From NCBI GenBank assembly GCA_973895155.1, contig OZ316895.1:10962184-11026183 (forward strand): DNA of 64,000 bases, written 5' to 3'. Positions 59,037 through 64,000 of the stretch are shown one piece after another. The number at the start of each line of letters is the position of its first letter. Position 1 is the first letter of the stretch. The stretch comes from Marsupella aquatica (lineage: Eukaryota > Plantae > Marchantiophyta). Below the pieces are notes generated by a model. The model ran no database searches, was not told where the DNA came from, and worked only from the letters and a program-made list of their open reading frames with translations. Position numbers and translations under genes: made by a program.

Positions 59037-61710
59037 ATGTGGCGCGTTAGCATCATTTCTGTCCTCTTCCTGTTCTCGTTGACATCTTTTGGACAAGGGC
59101 GTGCAATTCTAGACACTCCAAGCGCCTCTTGGGATGATGAGGTACTGCCCTTCGTACCCTCTGAAATTGACAAAGACAAACCTCCTAAGCCGGCAGCTTG
59201 GCTAGAAGGATTATCTGTACAAGATGGTCAAATGTCACCGGATTTCAACTCGAGTACACTCAACTACACTGTGACACTCTCGCAGGGCGTCACCAATATA
59301 CAGATCATTGCACAAGTTTCTCTGGGGACGGTACATCTCAATCTACTCCGATGTCTTCTCTTTGCCTGCTTTCTCAGTTGTTCTGTTTTATGCTAAAACA
59401 CTGTAGCTACTTATTTGATTAATATGTTGGTTATTTCGCTGCGATGAGAGACATTTCTCCTAAAAGAACACTAGGCAAGGAAGAGGGACTGAAAGAGATG
59501 TCCACAGCGTTGTTACAATGAATCTGAGAGCTGAGAGCCTAGTGACAGCAGATCGAAGTTGTGTGATAATGTAAGACTGTCCAATGGGAGAAAATAGACT
59601 AGAAGGTTACCAAGAGGCACTGAACGGCCTTGGCGGTGATGTGAATGGATTTAATGGCCTTCTGATAGTAAGTGAAAGCTACATATTAATACAGTAGTCT
59701 CCAATTGGCAAACTTAGAAGACCAGGCAGCGGGAGGCACTTAAATGTAGACTATGGTTTATGGCCGATCTGAGAGCCATTTGAGAGTAGGTGAAAGCTGC
59801 CTTTTGCCACAGTAGTCTTCAATTCCGGTTCGTGCTGGGGCTTATGATCTCGACTCGTAGAAAGGTCGCATAACACTGATTTTGAAGGGTGGTAAGACGG
59901 TCCCAATCAACTGTCAAATGCGAATTCAAGGAAGCGCTTTAGTCTGGTTCCGTTGGCGAGAAATTCTGTGGAGCATTATTCCCTCAATGGTCCTGTGCAC
60001 CGTATTGATTCTCAGCTAGAGTCCGGACAAGACATATGTAGGACATATGGGTATTGGAGCTAGTGAATAAGACTCCCTTCCTTGCTTTCTATTCCAATGA
60101 TTCCTTCTGGCACTCCTTCCCTCTCTCCGAAAGCTTGTATAGGAAAACGAGATTCTTTCAGAGTTGAAACAGGAAAATTGTAGTGCTTCTGACGGATCAA
60201 GATTCCCCAATCGCTAAGCGCAAGAGCATTTCACCAGTCGATGGCGTTCTTAATGCTCAGAAAAGTCTAAAGCTCACGGAAGAGACTTAACTTCCTTGTT
60301 TTCCAGCGGACCGCGGTGCTTAAGTCTTGCTCTAAGAAGGCAAAGATGCAAGAATTTGTTTCGAATTGAATATCAGTTTGTATTCCATCTAAGACGTCGA
60401 GAGAACGAGAATAAACTATGACCTAATGCTTCATTTGTTGGGGCGGATTAGGACCTCGTGGTTCATTTGTTGGGCGATCTGTACAACATGCATCCTTGCG
60501 TTTTCTTTGCTTTCAAGTAGATTTGCAATTTTTGTTGATATTGGTGCCGAGATTTTCTAGCCGGGTCTGACCTTCAAGGTTCGGTTTTTGCATGTGCGCA
60601 GGACCATGAAAAGTATAAGGTGAAGACAAAATCCAAAGTTCTCCAGCCTCATAATGTGAATTTCCCATCACGCTTGAACGGAAATGCTTCGGTTACCCTT
60701 GTCGAAGTTCACGCGTCAGCAGACGACCATCAATCTGTGACATATTATCTCGAAGTTGGACACGGTGATTCCGTCTTACTTTGTTATTCTACTATCCTAG
60801 TCATTTTCGTAAGATGCTGAAATGGATGTCTGACTTCTACCCCGATCAATCAGGAATGGAATCGTCAGGAATCATCTATGAGCCTCGTAAATTCTGTAAA
60901 TAATGGATTGTATGCCAGACATCTGGCCCAACCAAACGTAGTGGTATGCGTTCTAGCATTTTGCAAAATATCTGCTTAGCAGAGAATTTGAAAGGTACAT
61001 TGTGGGCAGAAGTCAGAGGGCCACTGATTTAGACATTAATTCTCGCTCACATCCATTTTAGGTCTTGGTTACATGTAGCATATTTTCCTTCAGACGTTCC
61101 AGAAGATGGCACATGCTACTTGTAATGGGAAATTCTTGTTAAAGTGAACGTCCGGGGGTGTTGCATTGCTGTCTCGGGGCTTCACATGCCACTTGGATAG
61201 ATACGTCCTGGGTTATTGCATACATCTCTCAAGGCTTCACACACCGCTCGGTCGACTTTGCCCCTAGTTCGACTTGGGCAGCGCATGTTTAAGGAGAGCA
61301 CATGCCACATGTCAAGAATGCACCTAAAAACGACTGGGAATTTGAAAGCTTCGTCAGGAGCAAAGCGTATCATGTATAGCTGTCAGTGAGGACGATTCTT
61401 CAACCCAAAGTTTCTCACGAAAGGTTATACCAATGTATCTACTTCTGTGTTTATAATCTCAATTTTCGTTTCTTTTTTTGCAGCTCTGCAGGGGAGGAGT
61501 GAAGTATGGTCAGTTTTGTTCCAGATAATCTTTTGGATTGGAGTTGTGGTTGCCGTGGTTGTGGCGGGAATATTTGGGTACTCAATATACTTGGCTCTTT
61601 CTGGAGGGGGTGTAACAGGTGAAGGGCTGCAAGGGTACTTCTCCAGAGGACAAGATGCAGAATATGAAGCTGTCCAAGATCCCGAGAGAACGGGCAGGGG
61701 CAGAAGATAG
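59037..61710 (+). CDS. Single-pass type I membrane protein with a cadherin-like beta-sandwich domain, about 227 aa
   Basis: Exons 59037-59330, 60602-60764, 61484-61710 (GT-AG, phases 0 and 1, 684 nt). Signal peptide MWRVSIISVLFLFSLTSFGQG. Domain pattern LEGLSVQDGQMSPDFNSSTLNYTVTL...V..IQIIA...VEVHASADD..SVTYYLEV. TM segment LFQIIFWIGVVVAVVVAGIFGYSIYLAL and a short tail with YEAV. Confidence 0.78.
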
Positions 61711-63510
61711 ACAGATTGGCTGTCCGTGGTGTGGAGATACCCTGCGCCAATCCTGGTTAGTTAGGTTCCAATTCGCGTACTCGCTTCTTGTGAAAAAACA
61801 CCACCTTCGGTAGTAAACTGAAAGGGAGGTATTGTCCATGTGCTTGGGGACTGCAGAAATACACCGGCTGTGTGGTGCAGTCATGTCAGGTTCGGTATTC
61901 CGCGGATCCATTAATCAATTTCTGTTTTTTCACTACTATGCGGAGAGATCTGAGAACTTGGCCTTAGAGCGAATCGGCTTGAGTTACTAATAGGTTTAAT
62001 GTTTTTCATAAGTACAATAAGCGATAGTACAATTGAGATTGAAGTAGAGATGTGAATGATCTGCACTAACATTTAGCAATCTGTTTTCCAGGTCTTACTT
62101 CAACAAGCGTGCGAATGGGAAATACTTCAAACTAGGCATGTGAATACGTATAGCTCTTCAAATATGCGGATGGGAACTCTGTTCTGTTTTCTTAGCAGAT
62201 GTGGTTGACAAATACCAGCCATGGAAGCATATTCTTAGAGACTTACTCGAAAATTTGTGGTCGAGAACTTGTGGCCATTTAGAACTAAGTCTACTATCTA
62301 AAGCGACAGATATGGCTAGAGTGGGAGACTGCGGCACCTATTCGGAAGAACAGGCTGACTGTTTTGGAATTCTGTAACAGTGAGATTAGAAACCTCACAG
62401 GTTAGTACATCAGTCATTCAGCTTAGACTGAGAAGCTGAATGACTGAGAATCCTCTTCATTTTGCTAGTTGGTGTTCTACTGATGCTGATCTCTTAGTCC
62501 GTCTAACAATTGGTCCCATGACTCTATTGGTCGCTCTGGATCATATACACTAAGTAATTTTAATTCCTTAGATGATATGTTAAGAAATGTCCTTCCCTCA
62601 ATGAGGGCACGTAAAGATGCCCGCATCAGAGCTTTCTCCAGACTCAAGCTTGCCTCTCATCTGGAGATTTAAAGCTACACTGACTTCGTAGACGAAGTCA
62701 AATATGGTCAACCAGGTATGTGAGGTATTTAAAGTTGAACAAATTGGCACTGAAAGAAATTGGAGACTGACGGCCCTGAGAGTTAGTGCACAGTGGGCAC
62801 AAGACTCTTTCAATCCGAAGATTGAGCATTAAACGTATGAAACACTCATAAGCCTTGAAAATTCAAAACATTCGCTTCAAAGGTTCTATTGCCATCCTCC
62901 ATGGGGGTCACACTGTCCGCTCCGACAGAGACTCAATGGTCAAATTTTCAGCTTCTCAAACTAGGAAGATTCCTGCGGAAATGTCAATGGTTAACGCTAA
63001 AGACATTTAAAGACAGTAGTCCAGACACACGGGCCCCTTAAAGTCCACCGGCAGGTATGTCCGATGTGATTAGTAGCTGTACAAGTGGGACACGCCCATT
63101 TGCAAGCTCGGTACAACCTGCACGAGAGGACTGCGAAGGATACTTTTGAGGAATATGATTCTACACAACGTACAGAACTACAATAAAAATGGAAGTTAGT
63201 AAGGAATTGAGAATAACGCTAGTAGATGGAAACGACGGAAAAAGATACAAGATCATCATCGGTGTAAAATCCACTTGAACTGAGCTACTGGCTTTCCCAC
63301 TGCCATTTGCCGCCTGTCAAGCCTTGGGTGGGCTATGAAGTGGCCCAAATACCGCAGCACTTGAATCGCGTAATTCGAAAAACATTTCTATATAGGAGCG
63401 ATTTCAAACACTTCGTGTTCTTATTCCGCTGCAATCTATGGTTCTCACGAGGTACAAGTTACCATAGTTGACATAAGTAACAGAATTGGAAACCAGGATC
63501 GGTCGACGAA

Positions 63511-63614
63511 TGGTCCAAGAGAAATTACTGAATCTTCAACTGAGCGGTGCTTCCATTCTGAAGAGTGGTCCAGAGAAACTACTGAATCTTCAATTGAACG
63601 GTGCTTCCATTCTG
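63511..63614. repeat. ~54-bp tandem duplication
   Basis: tggtcca(a)gagaaa.tactgaatcttcaa.tga.cggtgcttccattctg occurs twice. Confidence 0.9.
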
Positions 63615-64000
63615 CGGGTAACTCCTTCCGTGCATGACTAGTCGATCAATATACGATATGATATGGATGCACGGACAAATAAGGGATGATGGATGGAATA
63701 CTTGTCAACACAGACAATGTTGAGAGTCACTTGACGGACAATCATTCCAACCCACATTCCTTAGTCAACCACGCCTCCACATCGTGCCGTACCCATATTG
63801 ACCGAAGATTACTGCTGCTTCAAATCTAAAGAATAACGCAGATCTCCAATGACTGCATCTGCCAATGTATCGTGCTTCACACCGGGCGAAGTAATGGCAA
63901 CATAGAAGCAACATCGACTCATCGTGACAACATCATGGAAAGATACGGCTCTCCACGCAATCCTAGAGCCCCAGTCTCACGACACGCTGGATAAAGCCGA

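Noticed and set aside
59037-59396. Bacterial contamination explaining the cadherin-like domain
   Set aside because: The gene has spliceosomal GT-AG introns with consistent phases and lies among plant transposons.
61094-61125. Possible extra small exon in the cadherin-like gene (ttccttcag|acgttccag...)
   Set aside because: Good acceptor but no convincing GT donor before an in-frame stop, and the gene is in frame without it.

Overview
Eukaryotic, intron-containing land-plant DNA; the gene content looks bryophyte-like, which is an inference. It is not prokaryotic. The window holds four host gene loci in a transposon-rich background. (1-2) A diverged tandem pair of vacuolar-type GH32 (acid invertase/fructan-enzyme family) genes on the minus strand, each with 7 exons including the 9-nt DPN micro-exon. 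Copy 1 (13677-18584) is frameshifted by a 5-bp deletion and copy 2 (33968-38676, 647 aa) is intact. Both lack the Trp47 and Asp239/Lys242 equivalents that plant invertases use to bind sucrose. (3) A 5-exon tocopherol-cyclase-family gene (51090-53942) that is probably plastid-targeted and does not look like canonical VTE1. (4) A 3-exon type-I membrane protein with a cadherin-like beta-sandwich domain (59037-61710). Mobile DNA comprises a hAT transposase disabled by three in-frame stops, an internally deleted Ty1/copia element with LTRs, PBS, PPT and TSD, three further LTR-like remnants, a PIF/Harbinger MITE carrying a 63-bp minisatellite, a non-autonomous Helitron, two tRNA-derived SINEs and a Tc1/mariner-type MITE. 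Exon structures were inferred by hand from GT-AG sites and reading-frame continuity. No database searches were run.
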